Shown in pieces: positions 1 to 14,006 of a stretch of 64,000 nt of DNA. The translations under genes were made by a program, and so were the position numbers. Numbering within the stretch: the first letter of the stretch is position 1; each line of letters begins with the position of its first letter. The notes beneath the pieces are model-generated. The model was not told the origin of the DNA. It saw nothing but the letters and a program-made list of their open reading frames with translations, and made no database searches. The DNA comes from Escherichia coli O127:H6 str. E2348/69 (GTDB lineage Bacteria; Pseudomonadota; Gammaproteobacteria; Enterobacterales; Enterobacteriaceae), in NCBI RefSeq assembly GCF_000026545.1, contig NC_011601.1; one strand, written 5' to 3'.

Positions 1-1744
<1,744 letters not shown>

Positions 1745-1963
1745 TTACTCCAGAATGCAGCGCAAGGCGAGGAGTATCCCCGTCTCATCTCTCTGATTTC
1801 AGGGTTACGGTGCGTTGGCAGGATTTAACGCGTACGTCTTTTCTGAAGGAAATCGACAAAGCGGGAAGTTTGCCTGGAACTGGCGGCGATTGTCAATGAT
1901 GTGAAAAAGGGAACCATCGGGTTCCCTTTTGCGTTAGTGCCGGAGGCCGCATTGGCGCGCAAC

Positions 1964-1999
1964 GTCGGATGCGGCGCTGGCGCGTCTTATCCGACCTAC
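1964..1999. repeat. REP (repetitive extragenic palindrome) element
   Basis: gtcggatgcggcg...cgtcttatccgacctac, the typical E. coli REP consensus, in the yfcJ-fabB intergenic region. Confidence 0.6.
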
Positions 2000-2005
2000 T
2001 CCGAA

Positions 2006-3226
2006 TTAATCTTTCAGCTTGCGCATTACCAGCGTGGCGTTGGTGCCGCCGAAGCCGAAGCTGTTAGACATAACTGTGGTCAGTTCGCGATCGGTCGTTT
2101 CGGTCACGATGTTCAGACCCGCAGCCTGCTCGTCCAGCTCTTCAATGTTGATGCTCGGGGCGATAAAACCGTGTTCCAGCATCAGCAGAGAGTAGATAGC
2201 TTCCTGTACGCCAGCAGCGCCCAGTGAGTGACCGGTCATTGCTTTGGTTGCAGAAATCGCCGGGCTCTTATCGCCGAACACTTCACGGATAGCTGCCAGT
2301 TCTTTCACGTCGCCAACCGGAGTCGAAGTACCATGAGAGTTCAGGTAGTCGATTGGGGTATCAACACCGTGCATCGCCATCTTCATGCAGCGCACTGCAC
2401 CTTCGCCAGACGGAGCAACCATGTCTGCGCCATCAGAGGTTGCGCCGTAGCCAACGATTTCAGCATAGATGTGAGCACCACGCGCCAGCGCGTGTTCCAG
2501 CTCTTCAACCACTACCATACCGCCACCGCCAGCGATAACGAAACCGTCACGGTGAGCGTCGTAAGTACGGGAGGCTTTTTCCGGGGTGTCGTTGTATTTA
2601 GTAGACAGCGCACCCATCGCGTCGAATTCGCAAGCCATTTCCCAGCACAGCTCTTCGCCGCCGCCAGCAAACACGATGTCCTGTTTGCCCAGTTGGATCT
2701 GCTCTACTGCGTTACCGATACAGTGTGCGGAAGTCGCACACGCGGAGCTGATGGAGTAGTTAACGCCGTGAATTTTAAACGGCGTGGCGAGGCAGGCAGA
2801 AACGCCGGATGCCATCGCTTTGGTGACCACATACGGGCCAACCGCTTTCAGGCCGCGCGGGCCGCGCATTGCGTCAGCGCCGAAAACCTGGAAACGCGGG
2901 GAACCGCCGCCGGAACCTGCAATCAGGCCAACGCGCGGGTTATTCTGGTAAGCTTCCGGGGAGAGGCCAGCATCTGCGATTGCCTGCTCCATAGAAAGGA
3001 ATGCATAAATGGATGCGTCGCTCATAAAGCGCACAACTTTGCGGTCAATGAGGCCAGTGGTATCCAGTTTTACGTTGCCCCAGACGTGGCTACGCATGCC
3101 GGAATCCTTCAGCTCCTGAGAGAAAGTGATCCCTGAACGTCCTTCACGCAGAGATGCCAGGACTTCCTGCTGGTTATTACCGATGCTGGAAACAATGCCC
3201 AGGCCAGTAATCACTGCACGTTTCAT
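2006..3226 (-). CDS. fabB: 3-oxoacyl-ACP synthase I (KAS I)
   Basis: 406 aa; N-terminus [18 protein letters not shown] and active-site region recognised as FabB. Confidence 0.95.
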
Positions 3227-3273
3227 TCAATACCTCTGTAAGTCGCACATAGAGTAAGTTTCGAATGCACAAT

Positions 3274-3307
3274 AGCGTACACTTGTACGCCGAACAAGTC
3301 CGATCAG
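3274..3307 (-). promoter_or_regulatory. fabB promoter operators: FabR-like palindrome and adjacent FadR-like site
   Basis: Minus-strand reading CTGATCGGACTTGTTC (FadR-like) followed by GGCGTACAAGTGTACGCT (FabR-like palindrome), the same arrangement remembered for fabA/fabB promoters. Confidence 0.5.
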
Positions 3308-3318
3308 CCAATTAATAG

Positions 3319-5391
<2,073 letters not shown>

Positions 5392-5409
5392 TCTGCTTTG
5401 GCATTGTTT

Positions 5410-5504
<95 letters not shown>

Positions 5505-5511
5505 TCACAAC

Positions 5512-5790
5512 TTACTGCTGTGACGCCTGCTGAAACAGGTTTTCCCACATATCGGTCACCAGCGCCTGGTCACGCGGCGACAATTCACCGGCACCAATAG
5601 CTTTTTCCAGACTCTGGCTAACGGTTGTATGTACCGCCTGGGCGGAGTGGTCATCACCACTTTCCAGTTCTGCGATGGCTAATGTCAGGTGGCCACGCAA
5701 ATACCCACTGGCAAACAACTCATCATCACTGGCATGGTCAACCATACCGTCGATTAATGCCAGAATGCGTGATTCAAACTCCGCGATCAT
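5512..5790 (-). CDS. yfcL: Uncharacterised protein YfcL
   Basis: 92 aa ORF in conserved position downstream of mnmC. Confidence 0.8.
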
Positions 5791-5823
5791 CTTCTTTCCT
5801 CATTGTAAAACGTGGCGCTGGCT

Positions 5824-6372
5824 TCAGTTGAGCGCTTCCGGCCACGGGAACTGTTCCGCCGTAAGTTCCGGCGTGTGATAATAATTTTGTAGTGCTTTAA
5901 TGAAGCGTGCCGGACGTTCGGGAATGCCGTTTGCCAGATAATCCATCACCTGCGCATGTACCCGCCGTTGAAACACCACGCGGTCCGGTTCGAAATCCCC
6001 TTCCAGATTGTCGCAGCTAACATTAAACGGATATCCCGCCGCCACGCAGAACAACCAGTCCAGCGCCTGCGGCTTCACTTCAACATCTTCAAACTGGCTT
6101 TGCGTCTGGGCATCGCGTCCGTCCGGGCAATACCAGTAGCCGAAATCAACCAACTCACGGCGCGCTTTCCCGGCAATACACCAGTGCGAAATCTCGTGGA
6201 TGGCGCTGGCATAAAAGCCATGAGCGAAGACGATTCTGTTATACGGTACTTCCGCATCAGCAGGAAGATAGATCGGTTCGTCGTCGCCTTTAATCAGACG
6301 GGTATTAAATTCATCGGCAAAGCAGCTATTAAAAATCTCAATCAACTGCTCATAGTGGTGTGTACTGTTCAT
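5824..6372 (-). CDS. epmC: EF-P hydroxylase EpmC (YfcM)
   Basis: 182 aa ORF, conserved position and size. Confidence 0.8.
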   Translation of the reverse strand: MNSTHHYEQLIEIFNSCFADEFNTRLIKGDDEPIYLPADAEVPYNRIVFAHGFYASAIHEISHWCIAGKARRELVDFGYWYCPDGRDAQTQSQFEDVEVKPQALDWLFCVAAGYPFNVSCDNLEGDFEPDRVVFQRRVHAQVMDYLANGIPERPARFIKALQNYYHTPELTAEQFPWPEALN

Positions 6373-7181
6373 TAGTTCATCGCCAACCAGTGGAGGATCT
6401 CCTGTCCATGGCTATCGTAAAGTAATTTGGCACTCATCACCGCCGAGACGATAACGATCATCGGGCGGATCAGCTTTTGTCCTTTGCTCAACACCAGTCT
6501 TGAACCCATGCGCGCGCCGAGGAACTGCCCCACCAGCATCACAAAGCCCGTCGCCCAAATCACTTTGCCGCCGAGAATAAACAGCAGCAGACCGCCAATG
6601 TTTGACGTTGCGTTAAGTAATTTGGCGTGAGCAGTGGCTTTGGCGAGATTAAACCCGCACAGCGTAACGAACGCTAACGCGTAAAACGATCCGGCAGCCG
6701 GACCAAAGAATCCATCGTAAAAACCGACGCAACCACCTGCAATTAACGCGAAGGGTAAACCGTACATCCGACGCTGGCGATCTTCTTCTCCCAGTTTGGG
6801 CATCAGCAAGAAATAGAGGCCGATACAAATCACCAGAATAGGCAAAATCTGCCGTAAGACATCAGCCTGAACGTATTGCACCAGCAGTGCGCCACTCATT
6901 GAGCCGACAAAAGTCATGGCGATATTGAGTTTTTGATCGCTTAAACTAACCACTTTACGGCGAATAAAGTAGATAGTGGCGGAAATAGAGCCACCACAGG
7001 CTTGCAGTTTATTGGTTGCCAGCGCGTTAGCGGGAGACATCCCCGCCGCCATCAATGCCGGAATGGTGAGTAACCCTCCGCCACCGGCAATCGAGTCGAT
7101 AAATCCCGCCAGCATGGCGACAAAAAAGAGAACTCCCAGCAGCAGCGGGGAAACCATAAACAGGCTATTAAACGTTTCCAT
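6372..7181 (-). CDS. yfcA: TSUP family inner membrane transporter YfcA
   Basis: 269 aa polytopic membrane protein with internal repeat of Gly-rich TM segments. Confidence 0.8.
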   Translation of the reverse strand: METFNSLFMVSPLLLGVLFFVAMLAGFIDSIAGGGGLLTIPALMAAGMSPANALATNKLQACGGSISATIYFIRRKVVSLSDQKLNIAMTFVGSMSGALLVQYVQADVLRQILPILVICIGLYFLLMPKLGEEDRQRRMYGLPFALIAGGCVGFYDGFFGPAAGSFYALAFVTLCGFNLAKATAHAKLLNATSNIGGLLLFILGGKVIWATGFVMLVGQFLGARMGSRLVLSKGQKLIRPMIVIVSAVMSAKLLYDSHGQEILHWLAMN

Positions 7182-8005
7182 TAGATCACGTGCTCATCCA
7201 GTAGCGCCTGGCAGGAAGGCGGCAACGGAGGCGGTGTCTTCTTCTCAGGCTTTGTTGTTCCCGGTTTTGGAGGTTCAAACCAGCTTTGCAGTTCTGCCCC
7301 GCAACCATCGCCTGGTGGCGGTAAAGGTTGATCCTCACACTCCAGACTATCGGCAGGACAACGTAATCGTACATGCATATGCGCGCGATGCTGGAACCAG
7401 GGTCGCACTTTGCGCAACCAGTCGCGATCGGTGCCCGCATCAAGACAAAGTTGTTGTTTAATCGCCGGATTAACAAAAATGCGCGTGACGTCTTTGTCCT
7501 GGGCGGCGAGTTTGATCAAGCTGAAAATTTCTGGCTTCCACAGCGCGGGGACAACGTGTTTACCGTCGCGGGAAACTAAGTCCAGAGCTTGCGGGCGCAA
7601 GAGCTGCGCGGAGGTCCAGCGTGTTTTCGGCAGTTGCAGGAAGATATCGACATCCAGTCCGGTCTGGTGGCTGGCGTGACCGCCGTTGAAACGACCACCA
7701 GCAGGCATCCCCATATCGCCAATCAGCACCGTACCCATGCCCAGATTGCTCACCTGGCGACTCAGACGCTGGATAAACATCACCAGATCCGGGTGCCCGA
7801 AATAGCGACGCTGATCGGTACGCATGACCTGATAATGTTCGGACTGTATCGGCAACGTGTCAGCACCGACGATACAGCCATTAGAAAAACTGCCTATCGA
7901 TTGTGCGCTACCCGGCACAGGTTGGGTTATTTTTTGCCACGGCGTCGCTGCCAGGCTGGCGCTACTGGCAAGCAGAGCCAGCAGCGCAATCGCGGTTTTG
8001 TTCAT
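7181..8005 (-). CDS. mepA: Penicillin-insensitive murein DD-endopeptidase MepA
   Basis: 274 aa with signal peptide; His-rich metallopeptidase motifs; start overlaps yfcA stop. Confidence 0.9.
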   Translation of the reverse strand: MNKTAIALLALLASSASLAATPWQKITQPVPGSAQSIGSFSNGCIVGADTLPIQSEHYQVMRTDQRRYFGHPDLVMFIQRLSRQVSNLGMGTVLIGDMGMPAGGRFNGGHASHQTGLDVDIFLQLPKTRWTSAQLLRPQALDLVSRDGKHVVPALWKPEIFSLIKLAAQDKDVTRIFVNPAIKQQLCLDAGTDRDWLRKVRPWFQHRAHMHVRLRCPADSLECEDQPLPPPGDGCGAELQSWFEPPKPGTTKPEKKTPPPLPPSCQALLDEHVI

Positions 8006-8008
8006 TTT

Positions 8009-9094
8009 TTACCAGCGTGGAATATCAGTCTTCACATCGGCATTTTGCGCCCGCTGCCGTAGCAGGTGATCCATCAAAACGATCGCCAGCATCGCTTCTG
8101 CGATCGGCACCGCGCGGATCCCAACACAAGGATCGTGACGGCCTTTGGTGATCATCTCAACTTCTTCGCCAAAGCGGTTAATAGTGCGCCCTGGCACGGT
8201 AATACTGGAGGTTGGCTTCAGCGCCATATGGGCAATGATTTGCTGCCCGCTGCTGATACCACCAAGAATGCCGCCCGCATGGTTGCTCTGGAAACCGTCT
8301 TTGGTGATTTCGTCGCGGTTCTGGCTGCCACGCAGCGCTACCACGTCAAAACCATCACCAATTTCCACACCTTTCACCGCGTTAATGCTCATTAGCGCAT
8401 GGGCGATGTCAGCATCAAGGCGATCAAAGACCGGCTCGCCAAGTCCGGCAGGAACGCCACTGGCAACAACGGTGACTTTAGCGCCGATGGAGTCGCCCTC
8501 TTTTTTCAGCGCGCGCATCAGTTCATCTAACGCGTCGATTTTGTCCGGGTCCGGGCAGAAGAACGGATTTTGTTCAACCAGCGACCAGTCTTTGATTTCC
8601 AGCGGAATGTCGCCCATCTGGGTCAGGCAACCGCGAATCTCAATGCCAAATTTCTCGGCGAGATATTTTTTGGCAATCGCCCCTGCTGCAACGCGCATAG
8701 CGGTTTCACGGGCGGAAGAACGCCCACCGCCGCGATAATCGCGCAGGCCGTATTTTTGTTCATAGGTGTAATCGGCATGACCTGGACGGAAAACGTCCTT
8801 AATCGCACTATAATCCTGAGAACGCTGGTCGGTATTTTCGATCAACAATCCGATGCTGGTGCCAGTAGTAACACCTTCAAAAACACCGGAGAGAATTTTG
8901 ACCTGATCCGGCTCGCGGCGCTGGGTGGTATAGCGCGATGTCCCAGGGCGACGACGATCAAGGTCATGTTGCAGGTCCGCTTCCGTCAGCGGAATGCCTG
9001 GCGGAACACCATCGACGATGCAGCCGAGCGCCAGCCCGTGCGATTCGCCGAAGGTGGTTACGCGAAAGAGTTGTCCAATTGTATTTCCAGCCAT
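8009..9094 (-). CDS. aroC: Chorismate synthase
   Basis: [21 protein letters not shown]-terminus (second Met of the ORF); 361 aa. Confidence 0.95.
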
Positions 9095-9128
9095 CACGGC
9101 TCCGTTATTGTTGTGTTTGCGTGTTTAC

Positions 9129-10061
9129 TTAATCTTTATAAATCGCGAAATATTCACGGGCCGCCAGCAGCTGCTCTTTGGTGAGCATAAACACACCATC
9201 GCCGCCGTTATCAAACTCCAGCCAGGTGAACGGAACATCCGGATATTGTTCCATAAGATGTACCATGCTGTTGCCGACTTCACAAATCAGCACGCCATCA
9301 TCAGCGAGGTAATCTGCCGCGTTTCCGAGAATGCGACGCGTCAGTTTCAGGCCGTCGGTGCCAGATACCAGGCCCAGTTCCGGTTCGTGACGGTATTCGT
9401 TTGGCAGGTCGGACATATCTTCTGCATCGACATATGGCGGGTTAGTGACAATCAGGTCGTACTGCACTTTCGGCAAGTCGCGGAACAGATCGGACCGAAT
9501 AGGAATGACGTTGTGGATCAGACCGTGTTCTTCGATATTCTGTTCGGCAACCGCCAGCGCGTCGGGAGAGATATCAACCGCGTCGACTTCTGCATCCGGG
9601 AAGGCATAAGCACAGGCAATCGCAATGCAGCCGCTACCGGTACACATATCTAAAATGTGCTGTGGTTGCTTGCTGATGAGTCCGGCAAATTTATTGTTGA
9701 TCAATTCACCAATCGGCGAGCGCGGCACCAGCACTCGTTCATCGACGTAAAATTCATGACCGCAGAACCAGGCTTTGTTGGTCAGGTAAGCCACCGGAAT
9801 GCGCTCGTTGACGCGGCGGATCACACGCTCAACAATGCGGTGTTTTTCGCTGGAGGTCAGACGCGCGGTGCGCATATCTTCCGGAATATCCAGCGGCAGG
9901 TAGAGCGAAGGCAACACCAGTTGCACGGCTTCATCCCACGGGTTATCGGTGCCGTGACCGTACCAGATATTTGCCGCGCTGAAGCGGCTCACCGACCAGC
10001 GCAACATGTCCTGAATGGTTTGCAGCTCATTTACTGCTTCATCAACGAAAATTTTATCCAC
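9129..10061 (-). CDS. prmB: Ribosomal protein L3 glutamine methyltransferase PrmB
   Basis: ORF track extends to 10394; real start taken as GTG at 10061 ([14 protein letters not shown]); NPPY methyltransferase motif present. Confidence 0.85.
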   Translation of the reverse strand: MDKIFVDEAVNELQTIQDMLRWSVSRFSAANIWYGHGTDNPWDEAVQLVLPSLYLPLDIPEDMRTARLTSSEKHRIVERVIRRVNERIPVAYLTNKAWFCGHEFYVDERVLVPRSPIGELINNKFAGLISKQPQHILDMCTGSGCIAIACAYAFPDAEVDAVDISPDALAVAEQNIEEHGLIHNVIPIRSDLFRDLPKVQYDLIVTNPPYVDAEDMSDLPNEYRHEPELGLVSGTDGLKLTRRILGNAADYLADDGVLICEVGNSMVHLMEQYPDVPFTWLEFDNGGDGVFMLTKEQLLAAREYFAIYKD

Positions 10062-10226
10062 GTATTCCTCCAGGGCATGATCGCAATAATTTCGGCGGCT
10101 AGTTTGCCATGAAGATGACGATAAATCAGCATTCACGCGCGGTGAGTGAGGAAAAATACGTTTAAAACGATCGATTGTGCTACAAGTCGGGTAAACTGTA
10201 AGAAAATTAGAAATAGAGACAGTTAA

Positions 10227-10778
10227 ATGAAAAAGAAAACAACACTTAGCGAGGAGGACCAGGCGCTGTTTCGCCAGTTGATGGCGGGGACTCGCAAGAT
10301 TAAGCAGGACACGATTGTCCACCGACCGCAGCGTAAAAAAATCAGCGAAGTGCCAGTAAAGCGGTTGATTCAGGAACAGGCCGATGCCAGCCACTATTTT
10401 TCGGACGAATTTCAGCCATTATTGAATACCGAAGGTCCGGTCAAATATGTTCGCCCGGATGTCAGCCATTTTGAAGCGAAAAAGTTACGCCGTGGCGATT
10501 ATTCACCGGAGTTGTTTCTTGATTTGCACGGTCTGACGCAGCTACAAGCCAAACAGGAACTGGGGGCGTTGATTGCCGCCTGCCGCCGTGAACATGTGTT
10601 TTGCGCCTGCGTGATGCATGGGCACGGGAAGCATATTTTGAAGCAGCAAACGCCGCTGTGGCTGGCGCAACATCCGCATGTGATGGCATTTCACCAGGCA
10701 CCAAAAGAGTATGGTGGCGATGCGGCGTTGTTGGTGCTGATTGAAGTGGAAGAGTGGTTGCCGCCGGAATTACCGTGA
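10227..10778 (+). CDS. smrB: Smr-domain ribosome rescue endonuclease SmrB
   Basis: 183 aa; C-terminal Smr domain ([14 protein letters not shown]...). Confidence 0.85.
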
Positions 10779-10793
10779 ATGCTGGCATCGAAT

Positions 10794-10825
10794 GCCTGAT
10801 AAGACGCTTCAGCGTCGCATCAGGC
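10794..10825. repeat. REP element
   Basis: gcctgataagacgc...gcgtcgcatcaggc palindrome immediately after smrB stop. Confidence 0.6.
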
Positions 10826-10847
10826 ATCAGTGCACAACGACGAGCTA

Positions 10848-11726
10848 CTACAGCATATTCAGTACGTACTGGAATCGACAGGTAGAATCAATAGGTTGCC
10901 GCGAGGTGGTATCCACGCGAAGCACCATATCATGAAGCTCTTTGTCGGTAATGGGGTGACGATTTGGTGTTACCGTCACTTTGGCATTGTCACAGCCCGA
11001 TGAGGTGAAGGTGAGCATCTGCGACACCCAACGACAATAAGCACCACGATCGTCAGTATCACCAAATTTGCTGCCGTCACACAGTTTGCCGTCTTTCATC
11101 AGGTAGGTGGAGAGCGTTTTTTCAATTATCCCGCCGGTAGACTGGAGCGCTAACGTCTTATCACGCACAACCCGACTTTCATTCCAGGAGACATCATAAG
11201 GCCCTAACGGTATAGGTGGACAAGAAGAGTTACTGACTGTGCGTCCGGAATAGGTTCCCGGAGCAGGATCAATAAGATCAATGCTATCTGCATGTGTCGA
11301 TACCAGCCACGGGCAGCCATGAACGCTGGAGTCTTCCTTCCAGACTTCCATTCGTATTTCATAACAAGTCCACATCGTCCTTTGCGCACGGCTGTCATAC
11401 TCTGTAAGCCCCGGACAAGATGATTGTGATATCGCTGTCATCGATATGACTTTTAATGATGGTGCAGGGCCAGGTCCCGTCCAGCTTTTCAAAGGTATCC
11501 ATCCAGTGATTAAACCGGTGTTATTTGGTGTCTCATAAACACCGTGATTGACGCTATCGGGGGTAAGAACATCAAGATAATAAGTTATCTTCGTTGTGTA
11601 GCTTGCATACCCTATCGGTGTATACATTGTTGCAACAATGACATTCGCCTGAACTGCTGTACTGAAGAAAAGTGATATCAGCAGGCCCAAAATCCAGCGC
11701 ATTATTTTCATCTTAAATATACTCAA
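10848..11726 (-). CDS. yfcO: Fimbrial-operon associated secreted protein YfcO
   Basis: 292 aa with N-terminal signal peptide; last gene of the yfc cluster. Confidence 0.65.
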   Translation of the reverse strand: MSIFKMKIMRWILGLLISLFFSTAVQANVIVATMYTPIGYASYTTKITYYLDVLTPDSVNHGVYETPNNTGLITGWIPLKSWTGPGPAPSLKVISMTAISQSSCPGLTEYDSRAQRTMWTCYEIRMEVWKEDSSVHGCPWLVSTHADSIDLIDPAPGTYSGRTVSNSSCPPIPLGPYDVSWNESRVVRDKTLALQSTGGIIEKTLSTYLMKDGKLCDGSKFGDTDDRGAYCRWVSQMLTFTSSGCDNAKVTVTPNRHPITDKELHDMVLRVDTTSRQPIDSTCRFQYVLNML

Positions 11727-12258
11727 ACGTTGCGGTTAACTGGGCGGTAAAATCACCAGGTGTTACATCACGCCCCTCTTTTGCCTGTAACCATGCTCTG
11801 AAATTAAGACTGTTATTGCCATCATTCAGCACAAAGGTCACTCCCGTCGTGTTATTAATAGCAACAGCAGTACCATCAGTAGTTTCCATACCAATGCCTA
11901 CGCCCTGTGCGCCGGAGGTACCATCCAGAGCGAGGAATCCCGGTTGCCCACTGTCTTCTGTTCCGGTCAGAGTAACTTTTACGCTGTACTGCGCTGGCCC
12001 ATGGCAATCTTTCAGGCGAAAAACCACCGGTACACGATCGGACTGACCGCGCACCATCAAATCTTTGTAGCTGATATCAGCAAACTGTACCTCTGCCAAC
12101 GTTCCAGCCTGTTCCACCGGAGTACAGGTTTTGCTCATCAGGTTGCCGTAAAAATGCAAATTATTAGCTGCCAGTGCTGAATGACTCACCAGCACCAGCA
12201 CACCGCCCAACAGAAGGGTTTGCACCCTGATACGTTGATATTTCTTCAGTTTGTTCAT
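11713..12258 (-). CDS. yfcP: Fimbrial subunit-like protein
   Basis: 181 aa, signal peptide, C-terminal beta-strand typical of pilins (TATFEYI). Confidence 0.7.
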   Translation of the reverse strand: MNKLKKYQRIRVQTLLLGGVLVLVSHSALAANNLHFYGNLMSKTCTPVEQAGTLAEVQFADISYKDLMVRGQSDRVPVVFRLKDCHGPAQYSVKVTLTGTEDSGQPGFLALDGTSGAQGVGIGMETTDGTAVAINNTTGVTFVLNDGNNSLNFRAWLQAKEGRDVTPGDFTAQLTATFEYI

Positions 12259-12734
12259 TGATAATCCACCTGCAATGTGGCGTAAGCGGAAAAGTTACCG
12301 TCAGTCAGCGTGGCATCGGAAGCTTTTACAGGTGCGGCCTTCAACTTCGGCAGGTTGGCGGGTGTCACGTTAAGCGGGGTATTCAGCTTAAAGGGCTGAC
12401 CGTTTTGCTGGAGTTCAATCCCTAATCCCGTGACATCCGTCTGAATCGCCGCATCGTTATAGTTGGTCTGTGTACCGGTCCAGGTTAGCGTCATTACCCA
12501 GGCGTCATCGGTAATATCAGGGTCACACGTTATCTGGTACGGAACATCTTTGCGGTAATTAACCCCGTCAATATTGTCGATAATGACGTCGATAAACTGG
12601 ATCTCAATATCATCACCATTGCTGACGGTGCAGACCGGAGGTTCGATCAGCGTACCCGTGAAGGTGATATCTTCCGGTGCGGCATGCGTTATGGTGCAAA
12701 AAGCGGATAATAAAATTAACGAGAGTCGTTTCAT
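12255..12734 (-). CDS. yfcQ: Fimbrial subunit-like protein
   Basis: 159 aa, signal peptide, pilin-like C-terminus (TLQVDYQ). Confidence 0.7.
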   Translation of the reverse strand: MKRLSLILLSAFCTITHAAPEDITFTGTLIEPPVCTVSNGDDIEIQFIDVIIDNIDGVNYRKDVPYQITCDPDITDDAWVMTLTWTGTQTNYNDAAIQTDVTGLGIELQQNGQPFKLNTPLNVTPANLPKLKAAPVKASDATLTDGNFSAYATLQVDYQ

Positions 12735-13222
12735 TGGTAATCCACCACCATTGTCATGCTGGCGTTAAACTGTGCGCCTGTCAGCGTCACGCCATTCTGT
12801 TTGACTGGCACTGCTTTTAGTTGTGGCTGGCTACTGACGCTAAATGGAGTCCAGGTATTGTCGCCAATCGCAAACAGAGAGTTATCTGCTGCATTTTCAA
12901 TACGAATGCCAAACCCGGTAATTCCCGTGCTTAACACCGTTTCGCCATTGATCGTGGTGGTTGTGCCCTTAAACTGCATCTGAAGGTCATCGCTCAGGCT
13001 ATTGGCACAGTTCAGGGTATAACCTGCATCTTTGCGATATTCAGTACCATTGATTTTTTTGATGATCACATCACCAAAATCGACGTTACTGCCTTTTACG
13101 GTACAAGGAGGTGGTGGGTCTACCAGTACGCGCAATGTCAATGGCACACTTTTCGTTTCACCGGCAAGAGCACTGCCCGTAAGCAGCACTCCTCCCAGCC
13201 CGGCCAAAAGTAGTCGTTTCAT
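12731..13222 (-). CDS. yfcR: Fimbrial subunit-like protein
   Basis: 163 aa, signal peptide, pilin-like C-terminus (TMVVDYQ). Confidence 0.7.
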   Translation of the reverse strand: MKRLLLAGLGGVLLTGSALAGETKSVPLTLRVLVDPPPPCTVKGSNVDFGDVIIKKINGTEYRKDAGYTLNCANSLSDDLQMQFKGTTTTINGETVLSTGITGFGIRIENAADNSLFAIGDNTWTPFSVSSQPQLKAVPVKQNGVTLTGAQFNASMTMVVDYQ

Positions 13223-13237
13223 CTCACACTCCCGGCC

Positions 13238-13987
13238 TCAGCCTTTGCGGCTCTGCTCTTCATCAACCTGGCAACTGTTACCGTTGCAGGTGAAAAAGAG
13301 CGGCATCCGTGCGCCATAGTCGTTGACGTATGTCAGCACCGGCACACTCTCCATCTTCACGTTCAGCGGGGCCGAGGTTTTTGGCGACATCACTATTGGC
13401 GAGAAACCGGCTGCCGGATTGCCATTTTTCTGTGCGCTGGCATTACTGAAAATGACGTAATACGGCGTCGGGTTATTGACAGTAAATTCCTGACCGTTGC
13501 GGGTTAAGGTCACTTTATGCTGCCACGGGTTTTGCGTGGTGTTTTTTTCCAGAGCTTTCGGTCGCCAGAAAAGTTTGATACGCGTCTGAAGAGCGATTTG
13601 TAGCGTGTTGGATTTGTTCGATTTCGGCGGAATTTCGCGCACGTTGAAATAGAACATCGATTCCCGATCGGCAGGTAATTTATGAATATCCGGCAGGCCC
13701 TGAATTTTAACCTGGCCATTCATCATTGCTTCAATGCGCTGTACAGGCGGCAATACCGCCAGCGGCGAGCTGATCTTGACGCCCTTTTCATCTTCAATCC
13801 AGCTTTGCGCCAGATAAGGCAGTTTGGGGTCGTTATTACGCAGCGTCACACTGATAGATTTATCGCTTTCATTAAAAATCAGGCGAGTACGATCGGGCGT
13901 TACTGACGCCTGGGTAGAAAAACTTACCGTTGCTGCCAGTAACGACAGTACCGTTGTCAATGTTTTGGCAGAGAGATATTTAGTCAT
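13238..13987 (-). CDS. yfcS: Periplasmic fimbrial chaperone (PapD-like)
   Basis: 249 aa, signal peptide, PapD-like N-terminal motifs (RLIFNESDKSISVTLRNND). Confidence 0.8.
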   Translation of the reverse strand: MTKYLSAKTLTTVLSLLAATVSFSTQASVTPDRTRLIFNESDKSISVTLRNNDPKLPYLAQSWIEDEKGVKISSPLAVLPPVQRIEAMMNGQVKIQGLPDIHKLPADRESMFYFNVREIPPKSNKSNTLQIALQTRIKLFWRPKALEKNTTQNPWQHKVTLTRNGQEFTVNNPTPYYVIFSNASAQKNGNPAAGFSPIVMSPKTSAPLNVKMESVPVLTYVNDYGARMPLFFTCNGNSCQVDEEQSRKG

Positions 13988-14006
13988 GGATCATTCCTTA
14001 ATCACG

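Noticed and set aside
2228-3136. 302-aa plus-strand ORF
   Set aside because: Lies entirely antisense within the well-conserved fabB gene; Cys/Arg-rich translation typical of antisense frames in GC-rich genes.
8145-9184. Several plus-strand ORFs of 109-204 aa
   Set aside because: Antisense to aroC; no RBS and a composition typical of shadow ORFs.
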